Source: an uncultured virus (IMG/VR IMGVR_UViG_3300024493_000316)
Lineage: Duplodnaviria > Heunggongvirae > Uroviricota > Caudoviricetes
Strand: one strand, 5' to 3'
IMG/VR virus record: IMGVR_UViG_3300024493_000316
DNA length: 64,000 bases
Shown: piece after piece, positions 1 through 10,207 of the stretch
How positions within the stretch are numbered: the first letter of the stretch is position 1
How the letters are laid out: every line of letters begins with the position of its first letter
Program-made: the position numbers and the translations under genes
The notes under the pieces: generated by a model
The model's database searches: none
The model's input: the letters and a program-made list of their open reading frames with translations, nothing else
Told to the model about the DNA's origin: nothing

Positions 1-846
1 ATGAACCCTTTGGTCATACGATTTTTGGAGATGCAGGCGGCGGAAAAAGGCGCGAGCCCCAACACCATCGCCGCATACATGCGCGACCTCGCCGAATTCG
101 AGAGGAGCCTCGGGCGGGCTCTCGAAACCGCGAGCTCGGACGACATACGCGCGTTCATGGCGAAGCGAGGATTTGCTTCACGCACAGGCGCGCGCCGCCT
201 CGCGGCCGTGCGCTCGTTCTTTAAGTTCGCGCACGAGGAACGGCTGATTTCCTCCAATCCGGCCGAAGGCGTGGAGCCGCCGAAGCTCGGCAAACAACTC
301 CCGAAATTCCTCTCCGTCGCCGACGTGGAGAAGATAATCGCCGCCGCCAAGAAGGACGCCCGCCTCGACTTCATGCTCGAGCTGCTCTACGCTACCGGCC
401 TTAGGGTCAGCGAGCTTGTGTCGCTGCCACTCAAAGCCGTGATAAAAACGGAATCGCTCGAAGTGATGGGGAAAGGCTCGAAGGAGCGCATGGTGCCGCT
501 CAACGGCCCCGCGCGGGAAAAGCTCTCGAGCTATCTCAAGTCGCGCAAGCCCGCCGGCTCGAAGTGGCTGTTTCCCAGCTACGGCGCGTCGGGACATCTT
601 ACGCGCGACGGATTTTTCAAGCTGGTGAAAAACGCGGCGGCTGCGGCCGGCATATCGCCCGAGCTCGTTTCCCCGCACACTTTCCGCCACTCGTTCGCGT
701 CGCATCTGCTCGCGAACGGCGCGGACCTGCGCTCCATACAAGCCATGCTCGGCCACAGCGACATCTCGACCACGCAGATCTACACGCATATCCAGGCGGA
801 CAAACTTGCGGGCGCTATGAAAGCCCACCCTTTAGCTTCGCAATGA
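1..846 (+). CDS. xerD: Site-specific tyrosine recombinase XerD (XerC/D family)
   Basis: LYATGLRVSEL, GKGSKER, HTFRHSFASHLL, LGHSDISTTQIYTH tyrosine-recombinase motifs; N-terminal 'SPNTIAAYMRDL' is XerD-like. Confidence 0.85.
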   Translation: MNPLVIRFLEMQAAEKGASPNTIAAYMRDLAEFERSLGRALETASSDDIRAFMAKRGFASRTGARRLAAVRSFFKFAHEERLISSNPAEGVEPPKLGKQLPKFLSVADVEKIIAAAKKDARLDFMLELLYATGLRVSELVSLPLKAVIKTESLEVMGKGSKERMVPLNGPAREKLSSYLKSRKPAGSKWLFPSYGASGHLTRDGFFKLVKNAAAAAGISPELVSPHTFRHSFASHLLANGADLRSIQAMLGHSDISTTQIYTHIQADKLAGAMKAHPLASQ

Positions 847-2593
847 ATTTATCGAGCGGCATGCTCTCTTCGGTTTCGCCGCCGAGCGAGCGGACGGAGA
901 CGAGGCCGCTATCTGCCTCCTTCCTTCCCACGACCGCGATGTAGGGCACTTTTTTCAACGAATGCTCGCGCACCTTGTATCCGATTTTATCCGAGCGCAC
1001 GTCGAGCTCGGCGCGGATTCCCATCGTTCGCAGCCGAGCCAGCACTTCGCGGGCGTACTTTTCCGCCTCCTCGGAAATGCTCGCGACCACCGCCTGCACG
1101 GGCGAGAGCCACAGCGGCAAACGTCCGGCCGTGTGCTCTATCAGTATGCCCATGAATCGCTCCAAGCTGCCGAAAAGCGCGCGGTGGAGCATTACGGGGC
1201 GCTGCTTTTCGCCCTTGGCGTCGACGTAGGAAATCCCGAAACGCTCGGGCAGGTTCATGTCGAGCTGCAGCGTGCCGCACTGCCAGTCGCGGCCCAGGCT
1301 GTCGGTCAGCACGAACTCCAGCTTGGGGCCGTAGAGCGCGCCCTCGCCCGGGAAAATCGTATATTCGTAGCCGTTATTCTTGAGGGCGTCGCCCAGGGCC
1401 CGTTCCGATATATCCCAAATCTCGTCCGAGCCCAAGCGCTTCTCCGGCCGCGTCGAGAGCTTTATGCGGACTTTGCCGAAGCCGAAGTCCTTGTAAATAT
1501 CCATGATGAGTTTCACGACCTTGACGGACTCCGCCTCGAGCTGCTCGGGCGTGCAGAAAATATGCGCGTCGTCCTGCGTGAACTCGCGCACGCGCATCAA
1601 TCCGAACAGGGCGCCGCTCGCCTCGAATCTATCGACCTTGCCGAACTCCGCCACCTTCAAGGGCAGGTCGCGGTAGCTTTTTATCCCCTGCTTGAAGTAG
1701 AGCATGCCGCCCGGGCAGTTCACGGGCTTGACCGCGAACTCCGTGTCGTCCTCAAGCACCTTCGCGTAATACATATGCTGCGAGAACTTGTCCCAATGGC
1801 CGGAGGTTTCCCACATCTTGCGCGAGCACACCGACGGCGTGTTGATTTCTATGTAGCCCTCGGCGTCCTGCCGCGCGCGCATGTAGTCCACGAGCGAGCG
1901 GAACATGCTCCAGCCGTTCGGGTGCCAGAACACTCCGCCCGGCGCGAACTCGGGCTCGAAGTGGAACAAGTCCATTTCCTTGCCTAATTTGCGGTGGTCG
2001 CGCTTCGCGGCCTCTTCGAGCATTTTCAGGTACGCTTCAAGCGCCGCCTTCGTAGAAAACGCGGTGCCGTAGATACGGGTCAGCATGTCGTTCTTGCTGT
2101 TGCCGCGCCAGTACGCGCCCGCGAGCGAGAGCAATTTCACCGCACGCGCGTCCAGGTATCCCGTGGTCGGCAGGTGCGGGCCGCGGCACAAGTCCACGAA
2201 CTCGCCCATGCGGTAAACGCTTAATGTTTTCTCGCCCTGCTCGTGCAGATCCTTTATCAGCTCAAGTTTATACTTGCGGCCGGCGAAGAGCTTCTTGGCC
2301 GCCGCGATGGATAAATCCTCGCGCGCGATGGGCAGCTTCGCCTCGATGATCTCGCGCATTCTCGCTTCCAGATTGGGGAAAACCTCGGGCGAGATGGGCT
2401 TCGGGAAGGCGATGTCGTAGTAGAATCCGTCGTCGGTCGAGGGGCCTATGGCGAGCTCGGCGCCAGGGAACTCCTTCATTACAGCGTAGGCCAGCACGTG
2501 CGCGGCCGTGTGGCGGAGGATCGGCAGCAGCCCTGCGTCGTCCTTCTCGAACTCTTTTACGCCGCCGTCCGGCATGGTGATTTTTATCGACAT
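815..2593 (-). CDS. thrS: Threonine--tRNA ligase (TGS domain largely missing)
   Basis: RHTAAH, DLCRGPH, RDHRKLG, KPVNCP, RVREFTQDDAH, GTLQLD, HRALFGSLERF motifs. Confidence 0.97.
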   Translation of the reverse strand: MSIKITMPDGGVKEFEKDDAGLLPILRHTAAHVLAYAVMKEFPGAELAIGPSTDDGFYYDIAFPKPISPEVFPNLEARMREIIEAKLPIAREDLSIAAAKKLFAGRKYKLELIKDLHEQGEKTLSVYRMGEFVDLCRGPHLPTTGYLDARAVKLLSLAGAYWRGNSKNDMLTRIYGTAFSTKAALEAYLKMLEEAAKRDHRKLGKEMDLFHFEPEFAPGGVFWHPNGWSMFRSLVDYMRARQDAEGYIEINTPSVCSRKMWETSGHWDKFSQHMYYAKVLEDDTEFAVKPVNCPGGMLYFKQGIKSYRDLPLKVAEFGKVDRFEASGALFGLMRVREFTQDDAHIFCTPEQLEAESVKVVKLIMDIYKDFGFGKVRIKLSTRPEKRLGSDEIWDISERALGDALKNNGYEYTIFPGEGALYGPKLEFVLTDSLGRDWQCGTLQLDMNLPERFGISYVDAKGEKQRPVMLHRALFGSLERFMGILIEHTAGRLPLWLSPVQAVVASISEEAEKYAREVLARLRTMGIRAELDVRSDKIGYKVREHSLKKVPYIAVVGRKEADSGLVSVRSLGGETEESMPLDKFIAKLKGGLS

Positions 2594-2610
2594 TTCATCA
2601 GCTCCGTGTT

Positions 2611-3213
2611 TTATCTATCCGCCAAATCTTTCAGCTTTTTTCCGTTGAACGTGAAATACTGCGCGCCCTGGTATGCGCCGCTCGTGTTCAGCCGTCCCTT
2701 CTGCTCGAAGATTTTATAAACCAGCGGGGAGAGCTTGAAAACCTCTCCGCCATATTCGACTTCCCTTTCGCCGACGACTTTCGCGACAATCGATTTGTCG
2801 TGGGTGAAGACTATCCTGTCGCCGTTCTTCAATCCCTTCCTATAAAAACTGAAACGCTCGCCCTGCTGCCTGATCTTGGCGATTTCCTCGAAATCCTTTT
2901 CCTTGTTTATCTCGACGGGATATATGACTTTGCCCTCGAACGACGACAACAGCTGCCTTGCCAGGACCATATCGAGCGCGAACAGCTCGCTGTCCGCTAC
3001 CCGGTGCTTTCCGAATATCTCCTTCAAGAGGCTTTCCTTGGCCTCATAACCCTCGACCTCGATCGCGAAAAACCTCTTCAGGCCGACGACGTTGTAATAG
3101 CCGTTCGCCTCGAGAACCCGCATCCTCTCCTTATAGTTATCGGTTCCGGCGCTTCCGATTTTGATCAGGCCGGAAACAGCGGTGGTCATTATGTAGACTA
3201 TGCCTTTTGCCAT
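2611..3213 (-). CDS. GIY-YIG (T5orf172-like) domain protein
   Basis: N-terminal GIVYIM...GLIKIG, then R..L, E..L, and ELF pattern. Confidence 0.7.
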   Translation of the reverse strand: MAKGIVYIMTTAVSGLIKIGSAGTDNYKERMRVLEANGYYNVVGLKRFFAIEVEGYEAKESLLKEIFGKHRVADSELFALDMVLARQLLSSFEGKVIYPVEINKEKDFEEIAKIRQQGERFSFYRKGLKNGDRIVFTHDKSIVAKVVGEREVEYGGEVFKLSPLVYKIFEQKGRLNTSGAYQGAQYFTFNGKKLKDLADR

Positions 3214-3319
3214 GCTTCACCTCTCGTTTTCTTGGCGTGCCCTAGACGGCCTAGAAGGCCGCCGCCAATGGCGATTTTACTAGGCGGGGGGCGGCTTTGC
3301 AAGCACTAAATTCGATGGT

Positions 3320-6300
3320 TTGTCATTTGGGTTTCGCTATAGGGCACATTACACCTCACGCCCGGATGTTCCAAGCCATAGGAAACTATACGCGTGGATA
3401 AAGGGCGCGGTTTCGGTTTATTATATCCACGGGGGGAATATCATTAAAAATTTCGCGAAAATAGCGGTCCTCGCCGCCGCGCTTTGGGCCCCGCGGGTCG
3501 GCGCGCAGAGCGTCTATACCGCCAGCGATTTCATATCCGCGTGGAACGCCGGCTCCGGCTCCATAACCGCGGTCGGCGCGCCCGTCAACGCGGCCGGGGA
3601 CTACGGCATAACATTTCCCAGCGGCCAGAATCCGCTGAACGCGCTCTCTTCCGGCATTTCCATATCGGGCTACGGCGGCGCGCCGTTCGGCACCGCGCTC
3701 ACCCTGAACGGGGCGACGCTCGCCTTCGCGCCCAACTGGAACGACGGCATAAGCGTTTCCTTGTCCGGCCTCTCCATATACGGCGCGTCGAACGGGGCCG
3801 TCTCGCTCATTGGAAACGGAGTGGGCGCCCACAGCCTTTCCATCGACGGAGTCTTCTTCTACGGCAACAACAGCTCCGGAAACGGCGGTGCGGTGAACGT
3901 GCAGTCGCAGGTGCAGAGCACGCAGCCGAGCGACTACATCCTGACCGGGAACAACTTCTCGACCAACGCGGCGGGCTCGGGCGGAGCGGTCTATATGGTT
4001 TCCAACAACGCGCTCTTCAACAATCCTGGAGTGCCGCTGCAGTTCGAGGTGGCGGCGGGCCCCGGCGCCGGATACATAACCTATAACAGGGCCGACGCGG
4101 GCGACGGCGGAGGAATATACTTCATGGGGAACAACGCGGGAGGAGGCGCGTCCGGCAGCCTCTTCACGGCGTCCGGCTATACGTTCTACGCGAACTACGC
4201 GTCCAGCCTGGGCGGAGCCATATACAACGGAGTCCTGAACGGAAACGCGCCCGCCGCGAACGACTTCGTGATAACGGGCTCGACCTTCGCCAACAACCAG
4301 TCCGGGAACGGAGGCGGAGCCGTGGCGACAAGCATAAACGGCGGCAGCACGGACGTCGGCGTCTCGATAGACGGCAAGTTCTATTCCAACTCGGCCGCGA
4401 ACGGAGGCGGCGCCATCTACAACGCGGTCGGCGACCAGTACTCGCCGTACGGGGGCAGCATAACGTTCGACCTCTCCAATCCCGCGAACATATTCAACGG
4501 GAACAAGGCGACCGACGGCGGAGCGATCTACAACTATATAATGCCCGGCCAGTCGAACGTGGTCGTGAACCTGGGCGGACAGTTCACGGGCAACACCGCG
4601 ATAGGCCGCGGCGGAGCGCTCTACAACACCTCGGGCAACAACTATCCCGGAACCTCGGTCGTCAACGTGGCGGAAGGGACGCTGTTCTACGGGAACGGAG
4701 CGGCCTACGGCGGAGCCATATACAACGACGGGAACGGAGTGATCAACTTCAACACCGGAAGCTCGGACATAGTGTTCCTCAACAACTACTCGTCGGGAGC
4801 CGCGAACGGACCGGGAATATACCAGGGCTCCTCCACCGCGGTCATGAACATCGCCGGCACCGGCACCATGGACGTGAACGACGGAATAGCGGGCATAGGA
4901 ACGCTCAACCAGCATGCGGGCACCAACTTCAACCTGACCGGCTCGAGCCAGAGCACGGGCTTCACGGGTATATACAACAACGCCGCGGGCAGCGCGATAA
5001 ACGTGGACGGCCTGATGTTCGGTGGACAGAACAATTTCCATGGCGTGGGCAATATAAACAGCAGCCAGAACAGCTTCTATTTCAACGCGAACATGTTCTC
5101 TAATTCCCAGATGAACTTCACCTCGCTCTCGACCGGCAGGGTCTCCATAGGCCAGGCCGCGAACAGCATGTCGGCCGGCATAAACTTCTTAGGCGACGGC
5201 GCCACCATAGGATTTAATGCAATCTCCGGAGGCAGCGCCTCGTACCTCCTGCAAAACGACATAAGCAACGGGCAGTCGAACGCCATAATCTTCAACAACA
5301 GCGACATAACCTTCGGCGCCGCGTCGTACATGGGCGGCACGGGCTACGATTTCTACAACAACTCCGTGCTGGATTTGGCGAACTCGTCGCCGGCCTACCG
5401 GCAGTATAATTTCGCGAACCTGAGCGCGGATAGTTCCGTGCTGCTTTCGTTCAAGATAGGGAACAACCAGGGCTCGCTCATGTCCGACGCCATAAGCGTG
5501 GCGAACGGCGGAGGCACAATAGGGCTCGGCCTGGTCTATGTCAACGACGCGGACGGGCTTATCACCGGAACGCAGCAGGTCATCTACGGCTCGCCGCTCG
5601 CCTTCGCGAACGGGGAGACGCAGTATGTCGCGACCAGCCTCGGCACCTATTCCATCACCACCGAGAACGACTACTATGTCAACTTCTCGGGATTGGGCGG
5701 CGCGGGCGGAAGCGGCAACACGACGGTCTCGACCGATCCGGGAACCGGCGGCACGACCACGACCACGAACGACCCCGGGGCCGGAAGCACGACCACCACG
5801 ACCACGGATCCGGGCGGCGGCTCGACCACGACGATCACGGGCGGAGGCGGAGGCGACACGACCATCACGACCGGCCCGGACGGAAGCACGACGATCACGG
5901 GCGGCGACGGGGGCTCCGGCGGCTCCACGACCATACCTCCCGGAAGCTCCGGCTCCACGACCGCTGGCGACGGCTCTACCATAGACGTCTCGACCGACCC
6001 TTCGACGGGAAACACGACCACGACGATCACCCAGCCGGGCGGCGGAGGCAGCACGACCATTGTCACGGCCCCCAACGGAAGCACGACTGTCTACAACCCC
6101 GACGGCTCGACGGCTTCGACCACGGTGGGCCCGGGCGGAAACGCGACGGCCAGCACCACCACGACCCTCGCGCTCGACGACGTGAACATGATGGACGCCG
6201 CGGCCGCGGCAGTGTTCGGTACCGCCGCGCCCGCGTCGCGCGCGTTCCAGATAGGCTCGAACGAAGTATACAAGAACGCGTCCAGCCTGCACGACATGGC

Positions 6301-9073
6301 GGTCGGCAATTTCAGCGTGCACGGAGCGAATGTCGGCACCAAGACGTCGGTGCTTTCCGGCGTCAATATCTCGAGCCCGGGAACCGAGCAGTCGCTCTTC
6401 AACATAACCACGGACGGGACCTATTTCACGCTGCAGGATCTGACCATACAGGACTCCTATTCCGCGGCGGGCGGTTCGGTGATCAACATGGACAGCGCGA
6501 ATTCCACGGCGACGCTCGTCAATCTCCTTGTACAGAACAACAGCTCCATCGGGAACGGCGGAGCCGCGAACATAACGGCCGGCAATGTATCCAGCACGAA
6601 CATAGATTATATCAACAACTCGGCGACCGGGGACGGCGGCGCGATCTACAATTCCGGCAACATCACCAAGCACGGCGGCACGTTCATAGGCAACACCGCG
6701 GGCGGCAACGGCGGCGTGTTCTACAACGATTCCACCGACCCGTCGAACCCCACGACAGTATACAGCGGCACTTCCGACATGGTCTTCGCGAACAACGCCG
6801 CGGGCGGCCTGGGCGGGGCGATCTACAACGCCGGGTTCATGGACATAAGCGTGGCGCTCGGCGCGAACATGATATTCTCCGGCAACACCGCGGGCGGCGC
6901 CGCCAACGACATATACAACGCGGGCACCATAACCTTCACCTCGACCGGCGGCAGCCTCGTCATAAACGGAGGCATAGCCGGAACGGCGGACGCCCTTATC
7001 GCCAAGCACAGCCCCGCGACGTTCGTCCTGGCCCCGACCGCCGACAACTCGGGCTATCTCGGCACATTCCAGCAGACGAACGGCATAGTCGAGGCCTACG
7101 GCAGGTTCTTCGGCGGAACCAACATAATGGAGAGCGGCATACTCAACTGGCACGCCGGCGCCACGAAGGAGGACACGGCGACGCTTGCCGCCTCGGGCGG
7201 GACAATCAACGTCTACGGCACGCTCCGGCTCGGGAACGCGCTCGACGTGGTGAGCCCGTACGCGACGCTAACGCTCCAGGGCGGGAGCCTCGTCGACGTC
7301 GCGGGCGGAACCATCTTCATCGGCCCGCACGACACCTTCCTGTGGCCGGACGGAACCTACGGCGCGTCCCAGATGAGCGACGGCCATATCGTGTTCGAGG
7401 GGCAGGGCCTGTCGGTCTATTCGGGCGGATACCGCCAGACCGGCGGCGTCATACATTTCCAGAACAGCGCGTCCGTGCACATATCGGATAACGCCCCGGG
7501 CGGAGGGATTACCGGCGGCGACGTCGCGATCTCGAACGCCTCGGTCTTCGTGCGGGGAGTCGACCTCGACATAGGGCCGGGCGGCGCGCCTTCGCCCGCG
7601 GGGCAGTCGCTCTTCATGGCTTTCGCGGCCCCGCTGCCGGCGATACCCACGACCGGCTCGCTCGCCATGGGCGACAACGCCCTCCTAAGCATGGTGGACG
7701 GAGCCCTGCAGACCCATAAGATGGCCGGCGACTTCGCGCTTTACGCCATACTCGACAATACCGATATGACGACGGTGGATTTCGCGGTCGACGTGGACGC
7801 GCGCCTCGGCGCTTCGGACATCGTCGTCTTCGGCGGCGACGTCGCCGCGCCGGGCACCACGGTAATACTCGGCAACGGGCAGCCGAGCGCCGATCCGGGA
7901 TACATATCCGACATCACGGCGATCGGCGGAGCGGTGGTGCTCTCGGGGATAAACCTGATAAACGCGCCCATAGACCCCGTGGTGCCGTTCAGGATAATGG
8001 AGGCGGCGGCGTTCGACCCGAACGTGATGTTCGCGACCTCCATACAGGAATACGACACGCCCCTGGGCGCCTATTCGGTGTCCTCGCTGGGCGAGGGAAT
8101 GTACGAGCTGAGGCTCGAGAGTATAAGCCCGGTGGCCATGCGCGGCGCGGTCTCCGGCCTACTCAACTACCAGGGCCAGGGCCTGATGGCGGGAAGCGTC
8201 TTCGACCGCCTATATGTCGACGGCATAACCGAGAGGCTGCCCGAGGACAGGTGCGACTGCTTCCTCGACGGCTACAAGTTCGACCCCGGCGTGCGGTTCG
8301 GCGAGGGCAGATGGGCCACCGCCTACGGCCTCTCGGAAAAGCGCAGGTTCACCGAGGGGATCTCGGCGGACGGAAGCAGCTTCGGCGCGGCCGCCGGATA
8401 CGACTTCAGGCCCTCGCGCTTCCGGGGCGGGCTCGAGTTCATGCCCGGAGTGTTCCTCGCGTACACCGGCAACTTCTACGACTACGGCGGGCTCGACATA
8501 AGGCAGAACGGGCTCTCGGCCGGCGCCATGGGCTCGCTCGGATACGGCGGCTGGCTGGCCTCGGCCATGGCGTTCGGAGGGCTGTACGAGAACGCGACCA
8601 TGATCGGCGGCGAGGGCGACAGGGATACGAACGACTTTTTCGGCGGGGCCGCGCGCGGAGCGTACAACTTCTCGCTCGGCAGGTTCGTTGGCGGTCCGTC
8701 GCTGACCGCCATATGGGCGTCGTATGCCAGGCAGAGCTGGCATTCCAGCTACGGCGACATGGATATTTCCGCCGACAGGTTCGACGGCACCACGCTGATC
8801 CCCGCCATAGGATTGACATACCTCGGCGAACGCGGCTGGAGCACGCGCGCGAACGTGGCGTATGTCGAGAACTACGTGCCTGTTGTCGCGGGCACGGCCG
8901 GAAACATAGCCCTGCCCGGGGTCGGCTTCAAGGGCGGCTACCTGGAGTGCGCGCTCGGCGTGGCGCGCGAATTGGAAAACTCCCGCGTGAGCTTCGACCT
9001 CATCGGGCTCTCCGGCGAAGGGGCCCAGGGGCTTGGCGCGAAAATCGGATTCGTCTTAAGGAGTCTGCCATGA
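3320..9073 (+). CDS. Pmp-like autotransporter adhesin (GGAI/FxxN repeats, T/G-rich linker, C-terminal beta-barrel); true start probably near 3440-3443
   Basis: Many GGAIYN/FxxN repeats; signal-peptide-like KNFAKIAVLAAALWAPRVGA; C-terminal ~290 aa with alternating aromatic/hydrophobic beta-strands. Confidence 0.85.
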   Translation: MSFGFRYRAHYTSRPDVPSHRKLYAWIKGAVSVYYIHGGNIIKNFAKIAVLAAALWAPRVGAQSVYTASDFISAWNAGSGSITAVGAPVNAAGDYGITFPSGQNPLNALSSGISISGYGGAPFGTALTLNGATLAFAPNWNDGISVSLSGLSIYGASNGAVSLIGNGVGAHSLSIDGVFFYGNNSSGNGGAVNVQSQVQSTQPSDYILTGNNFSTNAAGSGGAVYMVSNNALFNNPGVPLQFEVAAGPGAGYITYNRADAGDGGGIYFMGNNAGGGASGSLFTASGYTFYANYASSLGGAIYNGVLNGNAPAANDFVITGSTFANNQSGNGGGAVATSINGGSTDVGVSIDGKFYSNSAANGGGAIYNAVGDQYSPYGGSITFDLSNPANIFNGNKATDGGAIYNYIMPGQSNVVVNLGGQFTGNTAIGRGGALYNTSGNNYPGTSVVNVAEGTLFYGNGAAYGGAIYNDGNGVINFNTGSSDIVFLNNYSSGAANGPGIYQGSSTAVMNIAGTGTMDVNDGIAGIGTLNQHAGTNFNLTGSSQSTGFTGIYNNAAGSAINVDGLMFGGQNNFHGVGNINSSQNSFYFNANMFSNSQMNFTSLSTGRVSIGQAANSMSAGINFLGDGATIGFNAISGGSASYLLQNDISNGQSNAIIFNNSDITFGAASYMGGTGYDFYNNSVLDLANSSPAYRQYNFANLSADSSVLLSFKIGNNQGSLMSDAISVANGGGTIGLGLVYVNDADGLITGTQQVIYGSPLAFANGETQYVATSLGTYSITTENDYYVNFSGLGGAGGSGNTTVSTDPGTGGTTTTTNDPGAGSTTTTTTDPGGGSTTTITGGGGGDTTITTGPDGSTTITGGDGGSGGSTTIPPGSSGSTTAGDGSTIDVSTDPSTGNTTTTITQPGGGGSTTIVTAPNGSTTVYNPDGSTASTTVGPGGNATASTTTTLALDDVNMMDAAAAAVFGTAAPASRAFQIGSNEVYKNASSLHDMAVGNFSVHGANVGTKTSVLSGVNISSPGTEQSLFNITTDGTYFTLQDLTIQDSYSAAGGSVINMDSANSTATLVNLLVQNNSSIGNGGAANITAGNVSSTNIDYINNSATGDGGAIYNSGNITKHGGTFIGNTAGGNGGVFYNDSTDPSNPTTVYSGTSDMVFANNAAGGLGGAIYNAGFMDISVALGANMIFSGNTAGGAANDIYNAGTITFTSTGGSLVINGGIAGTADALIAKHSPATFVLAPTADNSGYLGTFQQTNGIVEAYGRFFGGTNIMESGILNWHAGATKEDTATLAASGGTINVYGTLRLGNALDVVSPYATLTLQGGSLVDVAGGTIFIGPHDTFLWPDGTYGASQMSDGHIVFEGQGLSVYSGGYRQTGGVIHFQNSASVHISDNAPGGGITGGDVAISNASVFVRGVDLDIGPGGAPSPAGQSLFMAFAAPLPAIPTTGSLAMGDNALLSMVDGALQTHKMAGDFALYAILDNTDMTTVDFAVDVDARLGASDIVVFGGDVAAPGTTVILGNGQPSADPGYISDITAIGGAVVLSGINLINAPIDPVVPFRIMEAAAFDPNVMFATSIQEYDTPLGAYSVSSLGEGMYELRLESISPVAMRGAVSGLLNYQGQGLMAGSVFDRLYVDGITERLPEDRCDCFLDGYKFDPGVRFGEGRWATAYGLSEKRRFTEGISADGSSFGAAAGYDFRPSRFRGGLEFMPGVFLAYTGNFYDYGGLDIRQNGLSAGAMGSLGYGGWLASAMAFGGLYENATMIGGEGDRDTNDFFGGAARGAYNFSLGRFVGGPSLTAIWASYARQSWHSSYGDMDISADRFDGTTLIPAIGLTYLGERGWSTRANVAYVENYVPVVAGTAGNIALPGVGFKGGYLECALGVARELENSRVSFDLIGLSGEGAQGLGAKIGFVLRSLP
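5695..6170 (+). repeat. Low-complexity Thr/Gly/Pro repeats (TTTT.DPG.GG units) within the autotransporter
   Basis: Recurrent acgaccacg/gatccggg units encoding STTTTTDPGGG-type repeats. Confidence 0.85.
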
Positions 9074-9486
9074 GAAAAATCCTGCTGCCGCTTCTGCTGT
9101 TCGCTTGCGCCGCCGAAAGGGAGGCGCCGAAGAAGAGCCTCGGCATGTTCGTGCTCCTCGAGCGCGAAATCATCGTGGAGAAGTTCGTCTTCGACTCCGC
9201 CGAAGTGCCGCGCGGCGAAGTCGAGGCCGTGGCCGCGGCCGCCCTGAAGGTCGGGAAGGCCAGCAAGCGGTACGTGGTGCACCTTGTCGGATACACAGAC
9301 GACTACGGCTCGGATCTATTGAATAGGCGCCTCGGCATGATGCGCGCGGAGGCCGTGGCGGACATAATGGTCCTGAACGGGATAGAGCGCGACAGGATAA
9401 TCGTGGAGAGCCGCGGCAAGGACCGCACCTTCGACGACTATTCGCTCGACCGCCGCGTCGAGATGGAAGTCCTCTGCGGCAATTGA
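9070..9486 (+). CDS. OmpA-family peptidoglycan-binding lipoprotein
   Basis: ATGA-coupled to the autotransporter stop; MRKILLPLLLFAC lipobox; GYTDDYGS..LN..LG..RA.AV and RRVE OmpA_C motifs. Confidence 0.85.
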   Translation: MRKILLPLLLFACAAEREAPKKSLGMFVLLEREIIVEKFVFDSAEVPRGEVEAVAAAALKVGKASKRYVVHLVGYTDDYGSDLLNRRLGMMRAEAVADIMVLNGIERDRIIVESRGKDRTFDDYSLDRRVEMEVLCGN

Positions 9487-9606
9487 GCGCCCGGGCTCAG
9501 GTGGAGGGTTTCAGCGCCGTGCGAAATCGAATCTTGACGGTTATTTCTTGAAACATAGCGCTGCATGCCCGCGCCACGAAGGCAGGTGCCTGGCTACATA
9601 ATTTCA

Positions 9607-10107
9607 CTATTGTAAGAATTTTAAGTATATAAATACAGATGCGCCCACGCCCAATACAAAACCTATCGATAAAGCTATTGGTATCGACCATCTGTTCGCG
9701 AAATGGCATTTAAATATACCGCATTCAATAGAACAATCCATGGATCCGGTATAAGCAATAAACACATTGCCAGCCCCTTTACCGTCCAACTGGAAAATAT
9801 CAGAAGGCCAAATTGCGACTAGCTTATTTTTATATTTATTAAATGACTTAAGAGGTTGCCAATTTATTTCATCTTTTGCGTCTTTGGATTTTTTCGGCAC
9901 TTTATAAATATTCGAAAATAATGGCGCATTGTCAAAACTACATTGGATGGAGCCAAAAAATATAACGTATTTATATTTTTTTAATTTGGCCCTATACTTT
10001 ACGAGGGATTTGGTTTCCTTTAACACATCATCAGCCCATATAACCTTACAATCGGATATTTTTATTCCATGTTTGGCAAGCACATTTCCAAGTCGTTCTT
10101 TTGACAT
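9607..10107 (-). CDS. Hypothetical low-GC protein with C-terminal TM helix
   Basis: 166-aa ORF with GAGGAG RBS; AT-rich relative to flanks; hydrophobic C-terminus. Confidence 0.6.
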   Translation of the reverse strand: MSKERLGNVLAKHGIKISDCKVIWADDVLKETKSLVKYRAKLKKYKYVIFFGSIQCSFDNAPLFSNIYKVPKKSKDAKDEINWQPLKSFNKYKNKLVAIWPSDIFQLDGKGAGNVFIAYTGSMDCSIECGIFKCHFANRWSIPIALSIGFVLGVGASVFIYLKFLQ

Positions 10108-10207
10108 AATATCTCCTCAAAAAACTTTGGCGCGCCCGAGTGGACGCTTTCCGAACTCATCATAAAGCCCAAATCCTCGAATTTCAAGCACAAAACTGGA
10201 ATTTCGA

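Noticed and set aside
1..846. Tyrosine recombinase as the prophage integrase
   Set aside because: XerD-like size and motifs, host-like GC, next to thrS and about 10 kb from the prophage.
5695..6170. CRISPR-like or non-coding repeat array
   Set aside because: The repeats are degenerate, in-frame coding repeats without constant repeat/spacer structure.
3386..9069. Long antisense and alternative-frame ORFs (e.g. 3386-5041, 5189-7153, 5' part of 8251-9486)
   Set aside because: Shadow ORFs of high-GC3 coding sequence with no motifs.
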